A stretch of DNA of 63,959 nucleotides, filler included, from Octopus bimaculoides (GCF_001194135.2; 8 parts of 8 records of this genome joined end to end with filler, not necessarily neighbours in it), one strand, 5' to 3'. Counted from the whole stretch's first letter, positions 27,260 through 41,813 are shown. Notes: generated from the sequence alone by a model not told the origin. A program made the numbers and translations.

Positions 27260-27602
27260 TCTCCAGTACCTCCCCCCCCATTCCCATTCTTAAAGGATCT
27301 TTATCTTGCAAGTTAAGATGGTGACTTTGTCGGGGCTATAAAAAGCATGTAAAAAGCATCCAGTCCTTGCTGTAAAGTGATTGGTATTTGGAAGGGCATC
27401 CAGCTGCAAAAGACCATGCCAAAACTGACTCCACCAGTGCTGGTGTCTCATGAAAAGCACCTAATCCATTAGGAAGGGCATCCAAGCAGAAACCATGCCA
27501 AAACAGACAGTGGAGCCTGGTGCAGACCTCTGGCCTGCCAGCTCCTGTCAAGCTGTCTAACCCATGCCAGCATGGAAAATGGACATTAAATGAGGATGAT
27601 GA
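27260..27602 (-). mobile_element. Dispersed repeat family F, a SINE/LINE tail (also at 20240-20480, 20690-20800 and 33640-33800)
   Basis: Shared AGGAAGGGCATCC and ACCCATGCCAGCATGGAAAA.GGAC.TTAAATGA blocks. Confidence 0.7.
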
Positions 27603-27853
27603 AGGTACAGTGTTAAAAAACATAAAGATGTTGAAGGCTAAATATAAAAATGGTTAGCAAAATGTTGTACAAGAGTTCTATAATAATATTTAGATCCTTA
27701 GTAATATTTTCTGGAATGTGCTTGTCTGTCTGTCTTTGTAGGTTATCTGTCAAATNNNNNNNNNNNNNNNNNNNNNNNNNNNNNNNNNNNNNNNNNNNNN
27801 NNNNNNNNNNNNNNNNNNNNNNNNNNNNNNNNNNNNNNNNNNNNNNNNNNNNN

Positions 27854-27892
<39 letters not shown>

Positions 27893-29045
27893 TTGTGGTG
27901 CTGATGGCAGCCAACATTAAAATGATATCGGAATAGATTTGGGTTGAACAATAAATGATGCTTGGTTCTCCACATTTGTCATCTCTGTCATGGAAACATT
28001 AATATTTATTATGGAGCTTGTGATGTGATGGTTGAATTGTTAGAGTAGTAGAGCGGTAGCTAAACACTGCCTTACCATATTTGGTTATCTCGCTCTCTCT
28101 CTCTCCCCACTTCCCTCTACCTCTCTCATTCAACCTTTCATGTATGTACATGTGTATGTATGTATTTGTATTCATGTATGGACATATTTGTGTGTATATA
28201 TTTGTATTTGTGTGTGTGTGTGTGTGTGTGTGTCTCTCTGACTGTATAAATGTGAGTGTTTGTCATCTACTTAATGGTCATATACCCCTTCCACTACAGA
28301 TAAGATAATCACCAGTCATTGAAAGCTTCCTTCTCCCTCCCTGATTTATTTTAATATTTATAGTTAACTGGAAGAGGAGGAAAAGAAAGTACTGTTCACC
28401 TTCACAGGATCACCCCCCCCCACGAACTTCCCCAGTTTGTCAGTGGAGATCCAAAGTCAGTTAAACTTGAACTTTAGTTCATAGTCTATAGTGTAGATAT
28501 AGTCCTTCCAGGTAGGGTTAGTAAGAGGGCCAACTGCAGTGAAATGATGGCCATTTAGTTATTTAATCCCGGATCATTTCATTTCTGTTACATCTATGAT
28601 TGAAGTATGAGAGCCAATGCAGCCCCTATTTGGAAAGATGATGCAATGTGATTTGAGAAGGGTTTAGTCCTGTACTTCCTTCCTTGGTGCAGGGTTATGG
28701 AACCCTTTTAGCAGCAAGAGGAAATTGCAAGTGCATAAGAACGCCTGGGAGCACATCTGTGCTGAGGGAAGCGACTCTTTATTTAATTATATAAATTCAT
28801 AGATATGTAATTAGTTTTGAGTTACTGTACGGGTATTAAAACATTTAAGGCATAAATCATTTTTATCTTGTTTTTATCTGTGGCTTTGAAGAGTTTGTTG
28901 GAGGGGTGGGGGTTCGAATTTGATTATGGGGGAGAGGGAGGGTCCCCATTCTTGGCATAGATGATACTACATTAAAATGCAGCGATGAGATAAGGGAGTT
29001 GAATTAGTTAAGCTGCATATATATACATATTCCTGTGCCCACATA

Positions 29046-29120
<75 letters not shown>

Positions 29121-29172
29121 GTTTGTACATATACGTATGTATATATGCACATATATATATTTATATGTATAT

Positions 29173-29212
<40 letters not shown>

Positions 29213-29714
29213 CTTCAGGATTTAGAGACAGTGTTGTAGCAGTATAAAAAATAGAAAGGATACATCATGCTTGAGGACTAATGATGCATGTTATGTATGA
29301 GAGAGAGAGAGAGAGAGAGAGAAAGAAGGAAGGACTGAGACTAAAGGTGTTTATCTAGATGGCCTCAATTGTTTTTTTTTCTCTTCTTTTCTAGTTTAGG
29401 GCTGTTTGTGGTGTAGTAGTTGCTCTTTTGCAATATAGGTCACTCTTGAGCAACTAAACAACTAATCACGGCTGAATCTATTGTTTAGTCTAAGTCAGCT
29501 ATGACCAAGCAGATTCACAATGAAATGTTTTATTGTCATGGCTGTCTTATAATTAAAAAAAATTTTTTCTTATTTCTTGCATTTTGTATCCAGGTAGATG
29601 TTATTCCGTGTTTTTTTTGTTTTTTTTTTTTCAAGATTTTTTTTTTACGGTGGTCTTGTGTGATTTGATGTGAATTTTGCTACTGTATCTAACAGGTTGA
29701 CTGATCACATAGAT

Positions 29715-30034
29715 CAGGGGTCAGGGAACTTTTTTAACCAATTACCCCCAAAATATTTCTGTCTATGCCGACGTTACGCTCTTGATTTGAAAGGAAGAAA
29801 ATCATAGATTCTTTGAATTCAAGAAGTTTATGGAATCTATTTATATGAATCTATTTACACATCCATTACATTGGACAGATGTAGTGTTGCCAGAAGGAAA
29901 ATTTCTGTAGTAACAAGGAACATGTTTTTTTTTTTTTTTTTTCAATTTTACTTATATCTAATGAATCCTCATTACCCTCAAGAATTTCATTTTTACCCCA
30001 CTTGGGGTAATTCACCCCAGTTTGCCGACTCCTG
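29715..30034. mobile_element. hAT-type MITE
   Basis: TIRs CAGGGGTCAGGGAACT and AGTTTGCCGACTCCTG. 8-bp TSD ACATAGAT/ACATAGAG. Confidence 0.75.
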
Positions 30035-31221
30035 ACATAGAGGTTCTTTCATGTGTTCAGAACTGAGTTATGATCTGTCTGTATAGAGAAATCCTAGTTT
30101 TTAGGACTCAGTTTTAGTATTGGAATTGGCTACATTGTCCCATGAGAATGATTGTGGAGGGCCATTCAGTGCGTCCCTTTTTCCAGAAATGGAAAATGGA
30201 CGAGTAAGGGGTTCTTCTAGTAGGAAAATTGTTATTGAAACCAAAGAATCAACCTATATGTTGCACAGAACAGAAAGACATGATATAAATATTAAATTAG
30301 CAATAAGGATGGCAGACAGACAATCAGTAGAATGTGCCAGGTTATACAGAGTGAAGGTTTCTCTATAGATCATGAGTACATTTTCATCTTGTTCCATGAC
30401 CTCCCTCTTACTGTCTCCCCCAACCCCCATTTCAGTCCAATTTACCAAACTCTTTAAAGATTCAGTTAATGTCAGCTACCCGTTCATTAATCTCAATGCA
30501 TGTCATTGTCCTACTTGAGTTGTTTCCTCTTTGCTCATTTTAGTCTTGTTAATTATTCGCGATAGCTGACCAAGACCCTTAGTAATAACAACTGAAGCTG
30601 GCTTCAGTTGACTACATAACACTGATAAGGTCTAATAAGGTTGAAATGTGTCTTGCTGATACTTTGCCTCCAAACCAAGATCAAATGCTCCTTGAAGCAT
30701 GTAAATTAATTTTACAATTTGTGTGTGAATTATTTTTTTCTCTTCCCAAGAGAAATTTCAACTGAAATTTTTTTTGCAAACATCATTCAGTACATCATCT
30801 CCGTGACTGATTTACAGATGATATTTCTGTTTGATTGATGTTGAAGAAATGATATAAATAAAAAAAAAGGTGTGAGAGAGGCAGGTGTGTAGTAGGAGTA
30901 AAAATAGATGTGTGTATAGATTGTACGTGTGCAATGTATGTAGATGGATGAGAAATAATGTATCTGTGCAGATGGGCACGCGTGTAGCTTTGTGTGTTTC
31001 CACTTAGTATAAGAGCCATATAAGTTACATAGAACAGACGTAGGACTCTTATTACGAAATCTAAGCAACATTTCAATCCACTTTGCCAAATTCTATAAAA
31101 ACATTCTTGATTCAGTTAATAATGTCAGCTCATATCATCTTTTATCTTTATCCTTCCATTTCTTCCTTACTGAACTTTTTCTTTATAAACAAGTATTTCC
31201 TTATTCTCTCTCTCTTTCTCT

Positions 31222-31253
<32 letters not shown>

Positions 31254-31399
31254 TATTACACTTCGTCTCCCCTTCGGATTTTTATCAAAATGCAATTTGA
31301 TGTCTACCTTACAGTAATATTTGGCATCTTGGTTCATATTGTTGCGGTGATGGTTTTGATGAAGTGTTTAGTGTCAATGGTGATAGGACGCTCTTGCTT

Positions 31400-31910
31400 T
31401 CCTGTTTAACCCCAGGTTAGCCCCGATCAAGTAGACCTATGATCAAGGGTATTTCAGTCATGAATAGTCCTTGGCATAGCATACCAAGGGCTACATTATA
31501 TGATATGTGTCCTTTCTTTTTCAAAACATTAGGGTGGTTGTGGTTTGAGGCATGTTTGGCTTATTTCCAGCAGGTTGAGCGACTACATACAAATTAATTT
31601 CGTTGATGTTGTTGGCAATAGTTAAATGATTGACCCTGGCTAAGCAGATTTATGATCAAAGACATTCCAACATGACCACCATCTCCTCATCCTCTCGGGA
31701 ATTGTGTATCCAAGACTACATTACCCAGTCTATCCCTCTTTTCATGATGGCAGAATGTAATTTAAAGCAGATTGAGCTTCTATTTCTAGCAGGTCAAGTG
31801 ACCAATTGTTAATAGTAATGATATTGGCTGTTGTTGCTGTTGTTTAGCCCAAGGCAGACTTAATTAAGCAGATTTATGAACGAAGGCATTCCAGCCATGA
31901 CCATCCTATA
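31400..31910 (-). repeat. Same family, three spaced units in reverse orientation
   Basis: AGCAGA..TATGATCAAAG.CATTCCA.C.ATGACCA occurs three times. Confidence 0.7.
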
Positions 31911-32670
31911 TTTTTAGAGGCCCCTAACATATTTATCTGTATAAAATAGGTTAAATTAAGAGAGATTTAGCTTGCAAATATAACTTATAGGTCCTTGAAT
32001 TACACAGCAAGGTCTCTTGGCTTTTATCTTTTATGGGTTTCATCCAGAGGCTGTGGCCATGCTGGTGCACCGTCTTTTAAATTTTCTAAACTCCATCGTT
32101 TATGTTCTTATATTCCATACCAAATTTTGGTTTTTCTCTTCTGAAACTGGTTATTTAGTCAAAATATGAAAAAAACACACACAAAATGAAGTGAACTTAC
32201 ATCCTGATAGGTGGGACGGGAAACAGTCTTTGCCCACCCTCTTTACTCCTTTACTTTGTATATGATGATTCATTTTAATTTTTGAACAAAATTTTATTTT
32301 CTTGTGTATTCACGTCTCCATTTATAATTATTTTCTAATTAGTCTTCATTAAAAGCATTCTCTCACGTTATCTGTTAGAATTTTTTTTTTTTTTTCCTTC
32401 AATCTGTTTCCTTCAATTCTTGATTTTCAGATAAGGTAATTCACTTCATGTGTTCATGTCTGTCTGTCTGTTTGTCTATCTACATTTCATAGAGTAATTC
32501 TCATGTCTGGTCAGTTGGAGTGGCTGTGTGGTAAGTAGCTTGCATACGAACCACATGGTTCCGAGTTCAGTCCCACTGCGTGACATCTTGGGCAAGTGTC
32601 TTCTACTATAGCCTCGGGCTGACCAAAGCCTTGTGAGTGGATTTGGAAGACGGAAACTGAAAGAAGCCCG

Positions 32671-32710
<40 letters not shown>

Positions 32711-32914
32711 TTCAGATTTCTGTGGATGTTACTAAGTGTTGGGTGTGATCTCTAACTGATGTTCTGTATCTTTCCCAGCAGGTTGGTATATGTTCCATCT
32801 AGTTATTTTTCTAAGAGAGCCGATAAGCATTGTAATAAAGTACCAGTCAAGTACTGGAGTTAACAGTAGTGACAAAAACATCTCCCTTCAAAATTGTTGG
32901 TTTTGTACTGAAAT

Positions 32915-33045
32915 TCAAAACCATTCTTAATATTTTATTCAACATATTCCCCTCTCGGATTCACACACTTATTGCAGCAGTCTTTCAGTTTTTCTAAGCT
33001 CTGTAAAAGACCTCAGAAGGCCTTTCATGATACCCTTAAAATCAG
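32915..33045 (-). mobile_element. Mariner extreme 3' fragment
   Basis: Minus-strand translation LKDCCNKCVNPRGEYVE*. Confidence 0.6.
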
Positions 33046-33057
33046 NNNNNNNNNNGA

Positions 33058-33088
<31 letters not shown>

Positions 33089-33814
33089 CAAAGTATACGT
33101 ACGCCGCTATATTTTATATATAAAAAATGTGATATTATTAATGTAAGTCATATGTGTGTAGTATGTAATTGTACTATTTTCTTTGTTGTATATATGTCGT
33201 AATGTGTGTGTGGTACCCTGTAGTATTATATGCCATATGTTGTGTATATGTATGTGCAAATCCCAGTGGTATACTTACGTGTTTGTCTGCGTGTTTTTAA
33301 TTATTCCCCAAGGCATCTATTATTATTACGGGAATTGTTTGTTTTCAATCACAACTTTCTGCAGTTGCCTATTTCCAATGCTTTATTTTTTGACTGGTTT
33401 CTTCATATCATTGCCCATTAGAACTGATACATCATCACCACAACAGGTATAGCTGTGTGGTTAAGACGTTCACTTTCCAACCACATGGTTCTTGGTGCGG
33501 TGGCATGGTACGCGAGTGTCTTCTGTTATAGCCCCTGGCTTATCAAAACCTAAGTGGATTGGTTGACAGAAATTGAAAGAAGCCCTTTAGATATTGTGAG
33601 AGTATGTCTCTTTGAAACATCAAATGATTGTAAATGAACGTTTTTTTCTGCAGAAACATGTCTGGCCTTGAGGAAAATACCATCTTGCTTGGAAACCAGG
33701 AAAGGTTGGCAACAGGAAGGGCAACCCAGCTGTAGAAAATCGCTCTCAATAAACTCTGTCCGACCCATGCAAGCATGGAAAAGTGGATATCAAAATGATA
33801 ATGAGGATACTAAG

Positions 33815-34455
33815 GCCGGAAAATTGACAGAATTGTTAGAAATTTGGGGTGGAAAGTCTTGTTTTATCTCTTTGTGATCTGAGTTTAAATCTTGCTGAGG
33901 TCAACTTTGCCTTTCATCCTTCCAGGCTTGATAAAATGCTAGTCATTCTGGGGTCATATAATCGACTGCCCCCCTCTATCCCCTACCCCTGTACCTATAT
34001 TAGAAGTAATCATCTGGGTAGGAATTGGCTGAATCATTAGTGTCAGATGAAAAGCGTTGTGATGTTGCTTTCAATTCTTTATATTTTGAGTTCAAATCCT
34101 GCTGAGGCCTACTTTATCTTTCATTCTTATGAGGCTTCATAAAATAGTACTAGGATTGATTTCATCAGCTAACACCCACCACCAAAATTTTAGGCCTTGT
34201 GCCTATATATGAAACAATGTTTTTGTTACTGTTGTTACTACTACTAAGGCAGAGCTGATAGAATTGTTAGTAGATTGGATAAAGTGCTTTGCAGCATTTC
34301 TTCCAGCTCTTTACATTCAGAGTTCAAACTCCACCAAGGTTGACTTTGCATTTCATCCTTTCATGGTCATCAAATTAAGTACCTGTTGAGTACTGGGTTT
34401 GATTCCCCCCCCCCCCCGCCAAAATTGCTGGCCCTATACCAAAATTTGAAGCCAC
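33815..34455 (+). repeat. Three consecutive diverged family-E SINE copies
   Basis: GAGTT(C/T)AAA.C...GAGG...ACTTTGC..TTCATCCT recurs at ~33885, 34090 and 34325. Confidence 0.75.
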
Positions 34456-34507
34456 CACCATCATCATTACCAACATTATCATTATTATTTCCATCTTCAT
34501 CATCATC

Positions 34508-34548
<41 letters not shown>

Positions 34549-35059
34549 GAGTGTTTCATTCTGATCTTCCCAGCAAAGGTATCAGAACAAATTGAAGGTA
34601 GGACACCAACTTCCTTTCGTCTGTTTGGTGATGCATCTCATTGTGTTTTTTGGTTGCTCTTCCTTACCGATTCTCTTTCAGTTGCCTGCAATCTAAACTA
34701 AACTAATCAATTTATTTTAATTATTTGTTATTTTTGCTGTTTTTAAATTTTTTTCATTATATATTTGTTGTTGTTGTTGTAACTGATTGCATGAAACCAT
34801 TGGTTGTTATTTCTCTAAGGAATCTTGTGCAAAGTGTTAGCTGTGTAGTGAGTCACTCTTTGGAATAGTTTAACACAAAAGAAACCCGTTTTATGGGAAA
34901 TAATGTCTCCATAGTTCTAATTGTTGTTGTTGTTGTTTGGTGACTCTTGTCTGATTTGGTTGAGTAAATTTATCTTGGATGTAAACATTTGACTGTCATA
35001 TCTGACCATTCTGTCTTCATTGACAAGAATGTGTATTCGTGTTTGTGTATGTATATATA

Positions 35060-35090
<31 letters not shown>

Positions 35091-35118
35091 GGTAGATAGA
35101 AACTGAAAAAAGCCTGTC

Positions 35119-35150
<32 letters not shown>

Positions 35151-35425
35151 NNNNNNNNNNNNNNNNNNNNNNNNNNNNNNNNNNNNNNNNNNNNTTAATT
35201 AATTAANNNNNNNNNNNNNNNNNNNNNNNNNNNNNNNNNNNNNNNNNNNNATATATATATATATATATACTAGAGTTGATGTGGGTGCACTAAGCTGCCT
35301 CGTTTGAAAATATAAGGATGCAGTTAGTGCGTTGCTAGCCAGCTGGAGAAGACGTTTTCCTGGGGTTAAATAGCAGTAACATTTGTCATAACCGGGACTG
35401 CCACATTACATTGGCAAATAAACTT

Positions 35426-35468
<43 letters not shown>

Positions 35469-36867
35469 ACACACAAAAACCTAAAACTTCCATTCTCTGT
35501 TTGTCTCTCTCTTTCTCTCTCGCACACACTCACGCTAGTTGAACTCAATCCAATCTATGTAACATTCACTCTATGCTGAATAGTGGTACAGTATGGGCAG
35601 ATTTTTGAAATCCAACGAACCTTTATACAAATATACCTCTTCAAAGAGATGTGATAAACCTATTATAATGGGTAATATTACGTGTACTTTTCCTTTGTGA
35701 TGTAATCTTTGGACTAACAATGTTTGCAGCTGAGGAGAGCTTTACACCATCTTTTCTATCAATAATATACCTATGCTGATGGGATAACAGATTGTTTATA
35801 AAGCTTGAAACACGTGTACTGCGATATCCTTTGTGTTCTCTTTTTAATTTATGTTTGATATATTCTCTCACCTCTGCCACTATCTGGCATATACAGGTGC
35901 TTACACTTATCAAGTATTCCCTCTAAACTTACAGTACTTACGTGTATATATATATATATATATATATATCACTGCTTCACAACTGCTGTTCGTTTATTTA
36001 CTTCCACATAAGTTACTGGTTTGGTGTATTCGCTTTTCACGCGAAAACGGCTTCACCAATTGCTTCCATACTTGTGATGCATGAATAATTTGACCTCGGA
36101 CATATTTTAGGAGTCCNNNNNNNNNNNNNNNNNNNNNNNNNNNNNNNNNNNNNNNNNNNNNNNNNNNNNNNNNNNNNNNNNNNNNNNNNNNNNNNNNNNN
36201 NNNNNNNNNNNNNNNNNNNNNNNNNNNNNNNNNNNNNNNNNNNNNNNNNNNNNNNNNNNNNNNNNNNNNNNNNNNNNNNNNNNNNNNNNNNNNNNNNNNN
36301 NNNNNNNNNNNNNNNNNNNNNNNNNNNNNNNNNNNNNNNNNNNNNNNNNNNNNNNNNNNNNNNNNNNNNNNNNNNNNNNNNNNNNNNNNNNNNNNNNNNN
36401 NNNNNNNNNNNNNNNNNNNNNNNNNNNNNNNNNNNNNNNNNNNNNNNNNNNNNNNNNNNNNNNNNNNNNNNNNNNNNNNNNNNNNNNNNNNNNNNNNNNN
36501 NNNNNNNNNNNNNNNNNNNNNNNNNNNNNNNNNNNNNNNNNNNNNNNNNNNNNNNNNNNNNNNNNNNNNNNNNNNNNNNNNNNNNNNNNNNNNNNNNNNN
36601 NNNNNNNNNNNNNNNNNNNNNNNNNNNNNNNNNNNNNNNNNNNNNNNNNNNNNNNNNNNNNNNNNNNNNNNNNNNNNNNNNNNNNNNNNNNNNNNNNNNN
36701 NNNNNNNNNNNNNNNNNNNNNNNNNNNNNNNNNNNNNNNNNNNNNNNNNNNNNNNNNNNNNNNNNNNNNNNNNNNNNNNNNNNNNNNNNNNNNNNNNNNN
36801 NNNNNNNNNNNNNNNNNNNTGGTAGAAAAATTTCTTTAATTTTCCTACCCTGTATAATTATAAATAA

Positions 36868-36938
<71 letters not shown>

Positions 36939-37395
36939 TTCTTCTATTTTTTACTTGTTTCAGTCATTTGACTGTAGCCATGCTGGAGCGCATACATACA
37001 TACATACATACATACATANNNNNNNNNNATATATATATATATATATACATACAATGTTTCCATCTAACAAATCCACTCATAAGGTTGGCCTGAGGCTATA
37101 GTAGAGGAAGACGCCTGTTCAAAGTTCTACGCAGTGGGACTGAACCCGGAACCATGTGTCAGAAAGCAGACTTCATACCACACAACCACTCCTGCGCCTA
37201 TATATAGATGAATAAAGATAGATATAGCCAGTCTATGGCGTTACCCTGGGTTTCATGTTTATAAAGTGCTTAGATTTACAGTATTTCCTCAGACCTTTAA
37301 CCCATTGACCTACAGCCTCTCTAGACTGGCCATATCTATCTTAATCTAAATACTCTACTGCTCTATAACTTAAGATTGTGCCTAATATATATATA

Positions 37396-37689
37396 TTTGA
37401 AGATAAGCAACAAAAATTCAATAGGTTATAGCAGTACGTAAGTTTCGTACAAGCTCCATTTATTCATGTAGTGAGAACACCACAGAATGTACAATGAAAA
37501 TGTACTCCTCAGCTGCATAATGGAATTTCATTTTAGAAAGTCATTTTGAAGATGTTTGCAAAAAACAAGAGTAAGAGAAGAAAACATACCATCTCGACTA
37601 TGCTGATGTTCCACTACATGAATAAATGGAGCTTGTACGAAACGTACATACTGCTATAACCTATTGAATTTTTGTTGCTTAACTTCAAA
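37396..37689. mobile_element. Foldback element with ~82-bp inverted arms
   Basis: 37396-37478 is the near-perfect reverse complement of 37608-37689. Confidence 0.8.
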
Positions 37690-38696
37690 TTTTATTCACC
37701 AAATCTCTTGATTTTGTTTTTGGTTTTTATCCTACCAAATTCTGGNNNNNNNNNNNNNNNNNNNNNNNNNNNNNNNNNNNNNNNNNNNNNNNNNNNNNNN
37801 NNNNNNNNNNNNNNNNNNNNNNNNNNNNNNNNNNNNNNNNNNNNNNNNNNNNNNNNNNNNNNNNNNNNNNNNNNNNNNNNNNNNNNNNNNNNNNNNNNNN
37901 NNNNNNNNNNNNNNNNNNNNNNNNNNNNNNNNNNNNNNNNNNNNNNNNNNNNNNNNNNNNNNNNNNNNNNNNNNNNNNNNNNNNNNNNNNNNNNNNNNNN
38001 NNNNNNNNNNNNNNNNNNNNNNNNNNNNNNNNNNNNNNNNNNNNNNNNNNNNNNNNNNNNNNNNNNNNNNNNNNNNNNNNNNNNNNNNNNNNNNNNNNNN
38101 NNNNNNNNNNNNNNNNNNNNNNNNNNNNNNNNNNNNNNNNNNNNNNNNNNNNNNNNNNNNNNNNNNNNNNNNNNNNNNNNNNNNNNNNNNNNNNNNNNNN
38201 NNNNNNNNNNNNNNNNNNNNNNNNNNNNNNNNNNNNNNNNNNNNNNNNNNNNNNNNNNNNNNNNNNNNNNNNNNNNNNNNNNNNNNNNNNNNNNNNNNNN
38301 NNNNNNNNNNNNNNNNNNNNNNNNNNNNNNNNNNNNNNNNNNNNNNNNNNNNNNNNNNNNNNNNNNNNNNNNNNNNNNNNNNNNNNNNNNNNNNNNNNNN
38401 NNNNNNNNNNNNNNNNNNNNNNNNNNNNNNNNNNNNNNNNNNNNNNNNNNNNNNNNNNNNNNNNNNNNNNNNNNNNNNNNNNNNNNNNNNNNNNNNNNNN
38501 NNNNNNNNNNNNNNNNNNNNNNNNNNNNNNNNNNNNNNNNNNNNNNNNNNNNNNNNNNNNNNNNNNNNNNNNNNNNNNNNNNNNNNNNNNNNNNNNNNNN
38601 NNNNNNNNNNNNNNNNNNNNNNNNNNNNNNNNNNNNNNNNNNNNNNNNNNNNNNNNNNNNNNNNNNNNNNNNNNNNNNNNNNNNNNNNNNNNNNNN

Positions 38697-38985
38697 GGGG
38701 GGGGCTATATCTTGGAAATCCGCCGGCCCGGTGGTTTCCCTTAATGGCAGAATTAATAGTCGAGACTATTCAAGCATTTTATCTGATCAAATTCATCCTA
38801 TGGTTACGGAACTGTTTCCGGAGGGAAACGCAATCTTTCAGGATGATAATGCACCAATTCACATAGCCAAAGTTGTTACTGAATAGCGCAAAGAACATTC
38901 TAGTGAAGTTGAACATCTTATCTGGCCACCACAGTCCCCAGATCTCAATATTATTGAACATTTATGGTACATTTTAGAAAAAGTT
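38697..38985 (+). mobile_element. Tc1-like DD34E transposase fragment
   Basis: GAISWKSAGPVVSLNGRIN...IFQDDNAPIH...LIWPPQSPDLNIIEHLW. One internal stop; the 5' part is in a gap. Confidence 0.85.
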
Positions 38986-39134
38986 TGAGGCCTTGCGCTT
39001 CCAGTAGAAAAGATTTATTGAAGTTGAAAAAGCGTGACACACTGACATTCAGATTTATTATATTAGATATGTTTAATTTTGGGGAAACTTTATTTCAGTT
39101 CAAGTGAATTTTATATATATATGTGTGTATGTGT

Positions 39135-39233
<99 letters not shown>

Positions 39234-40479
39234 TATATATATGTATTAAAGAAAGCAAAAAATAAAACAAGAATGATAAAAGCAAAAGGTTGAATGTGTG
39301 TAAAAGAGCTCAGTATGTTGGCCACATAAATTTCTGTCAAAGAGATACAGTATTAAACAAAGTTGTATATCATCTCCCTTTCTCTCTTATTATTACTCCT
39401 ACTGCCACCATCAGCACTATAACTTTTAATAAAGCATCATCAACTCTCCCTAAATTTCTTTATCTCTCTTTGTCTCCCTTTCTTTTTATTTTTTTCTCTC
39501 TATCTGACTTCGCCACCACCCTCACCCTATGCCTACTATTACTCTCACCCCAGCACAAGGAATAGTAGAAGTGTCATTAAATAGGGAGAGCCTATTTGGA
39601 GAAACTTTAATTAGAATATATGAATTTTTCTCAAAGTTATGGGGAAAGAAAATCGTTGGGACATATACGTATAGGTATGATGCGGTTAACGTTCCGATTC
39701 GTTATTGTATTGCATTGCGCATGCATTACTGGAGGTCCATAGTAAATAAGTATTTTCTTAAAAATTATAATCGTAGATATCATTCACCCACGGCAGTTGC
39801 TGGATATATTTTTAAGGTCAACTTTTAGGTAGTCGGGAGCACTTCTAGGTTTCATCACAATTCCAGTTCTCAACCAAATTGAATGCGGTGTCTTTTAGGA
39901 ATGATGGCCCAGTCTTCAGATATGCTTTGAAATCAGATAACTGAAAATTGATTCATTAAAAAAAGTTTAGGTCAAAAAATGGGAGAGTGAAGTAAAACTT
40001 CGAATTTCAATCAAAATACCTCAGTTATTTTAAAAGAAAATTATAGACTATATAGATATAGACTATAGATAGGAGATAATAACAATTCAAAGTAATTAAC
40101 TGTGAAAAAAAGCTTTTGTGCGTTCCCGGAGAATATTACCCTCAGCAGCGCTAGTGTTGGTATATTCGTGAATAAGTCACTAACCGAAATAAGTGGATCT
40201 ATTGTTTAGGAGAATACTATTTACTTGTTTAAGCGTTGTATTGGATAAATTGAGAAAATAACTAAAATAGTTCAAATACCAAGAAATAAGCATACTGAAA
40301 ACGAATGGGTTATTTCCCTTGGTGGTTATTTCCAGGAGGGAATGGTTTATTTCCCTTGGAAGCTTAAACATTTTACTCTCACCTAAATGTTATTCCTCCT
40401 GCCGTTTACCCTAACATTTTTTCGAAATCAATTTATATTTAAAACCTCCCCAAATACATAAGCAATGTGCGTGTGAAGT

Positions 40480-40566
40480 TTAAGAAAAATCGGTCGAGCC
40501 GTTTTGGTGCAAAACGAGAACATACCGATACACACAGACAGACATTTTCAGTTTTAATATGTAAGA

Positions 40567-40629
<63 letters not shown>

Positions 40630-40630
40630 A
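40480..40630 (+). mobile_element. Possible end of a Helitron/HINE-like non-autonomous element
   Basis: AAAATCGGTCGAGCCGTTTT...ACAGACAGAC...TTTTAATATGTAAGAT followed by (CTAT)n, similar to microsatellite-associated helitron-like ends. Similarity recalled, not searched. Confidence 0.3.
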
Positions 40631-40959
40631 TGTATATGATTGTTAAAGAAGACAACCAACGTTAAGGCAAGGCAAACATCTCAACTTGTATACAATATTA
40701 TTATTGGAAAACATTTAAAGTCTTACAGCTGTTTCTGGGATATCCCCGAGTATGGGATATTCCGTCATCAGAGACAAATAGGGAAATGGGGGGAAAAGGA
40801 GGAAAAAAGAGAATGGTACGTATTAATGAGATGACTATACAGAAGAAGTGGTGAAAGAAATAAGTAGATGGAGAGGGAGGAGAGAAAAGAGAAAAGGCAT
40901 AAAAGTTTATAATTTAGTATCATGATGCTGCAGAAACAAGACCTTGAGTCCTTAGGTGG

Positions 40960-41368
40960 TGTCCTGAGTATATCCATGAGTGTAAATCCTTGGATACAAT
41001 CTGGTGTAGATTCATGTGGGTTAACATCTTGATATCATAAGTTTTTCGCCCAGAACAACATAGCGTCGCTTCCACACTCGCATTATTCGCCACATTTAGT
41101 CCCTGGGGAATCCATCTCCTCAAGATGAAAATGCATCTCAAAGGCCGTTTTGAGAACGTTGTTTTGAAATCCAGAGCGAATCGCAGAAAGTCCTCGACTC
41201 GCTTACGGAAAACGACTTTCTGGCCGGATTCCCAAAATAGTAGGAACGCTGAGATGGGTGTATTGCTGCACAAGGTGACTATTTCGAAGGAGACGAGGCT
41301 AAAACTAAGGTGAATAAGTTATTTTTTATTAAACATATCTTGTTCGGGAACCTTTTGACCACCTCGTA
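40960..41368 (+). mobile_element. Mariner 3' fragment with right TIR
   Basis: FFAQNNIASLPHSHYSPHL (a PYSPDLAP homologue) and CIAAQGDYFEG. Ends GGAACCTTTTGACCACCTCGTA. Confidence 0.75.
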
Positions 41369-41813
41369 TGATACGCACAGAAATCGTTTTAAATGTACAA
41401 AAGGCAACGTAATAAATTACAAAATAATTATTAGGTTTCCGAGGTCACCATGCTTTCACTAGACAGAAAGGAGAAATTGAAGAAATAATTAGAAGTAATA
41501 ATCCTACCTGTATCTTCAGGAATGGCTTCTGAAAACTTATTTTCCGATATTTCGGGAATTCTCTCATCAAGTTTAGCAACTGGTCTTTTGGTCCTAACGA
41601 AATATAGAAATATTTCATTAATTACTAGTGATTCTATGATTGTATGATTGTCTGACTAAGACAAAAATGTTAATTATTATAGTGTTACAAGTACTAGTAG
41701 TATTAATATTGATACACCTCAAATAAATTTATATGAATAAATTATAATAATTAAAAGTAAACAACAAAGTCTTCAATTTCATACGGCAAACCATTTGTGT
41801 GACACACTGTTTA

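Noticed and set aside
30187-30340. Possible phase-1 exon (EMENGRVRGSSSRKIVIETK...) in frame after the afadin-like exon
   Set aside because: The donor is weak (gttata), there is no resemblance to the sequence expected after RA2, and no domain was recognised.
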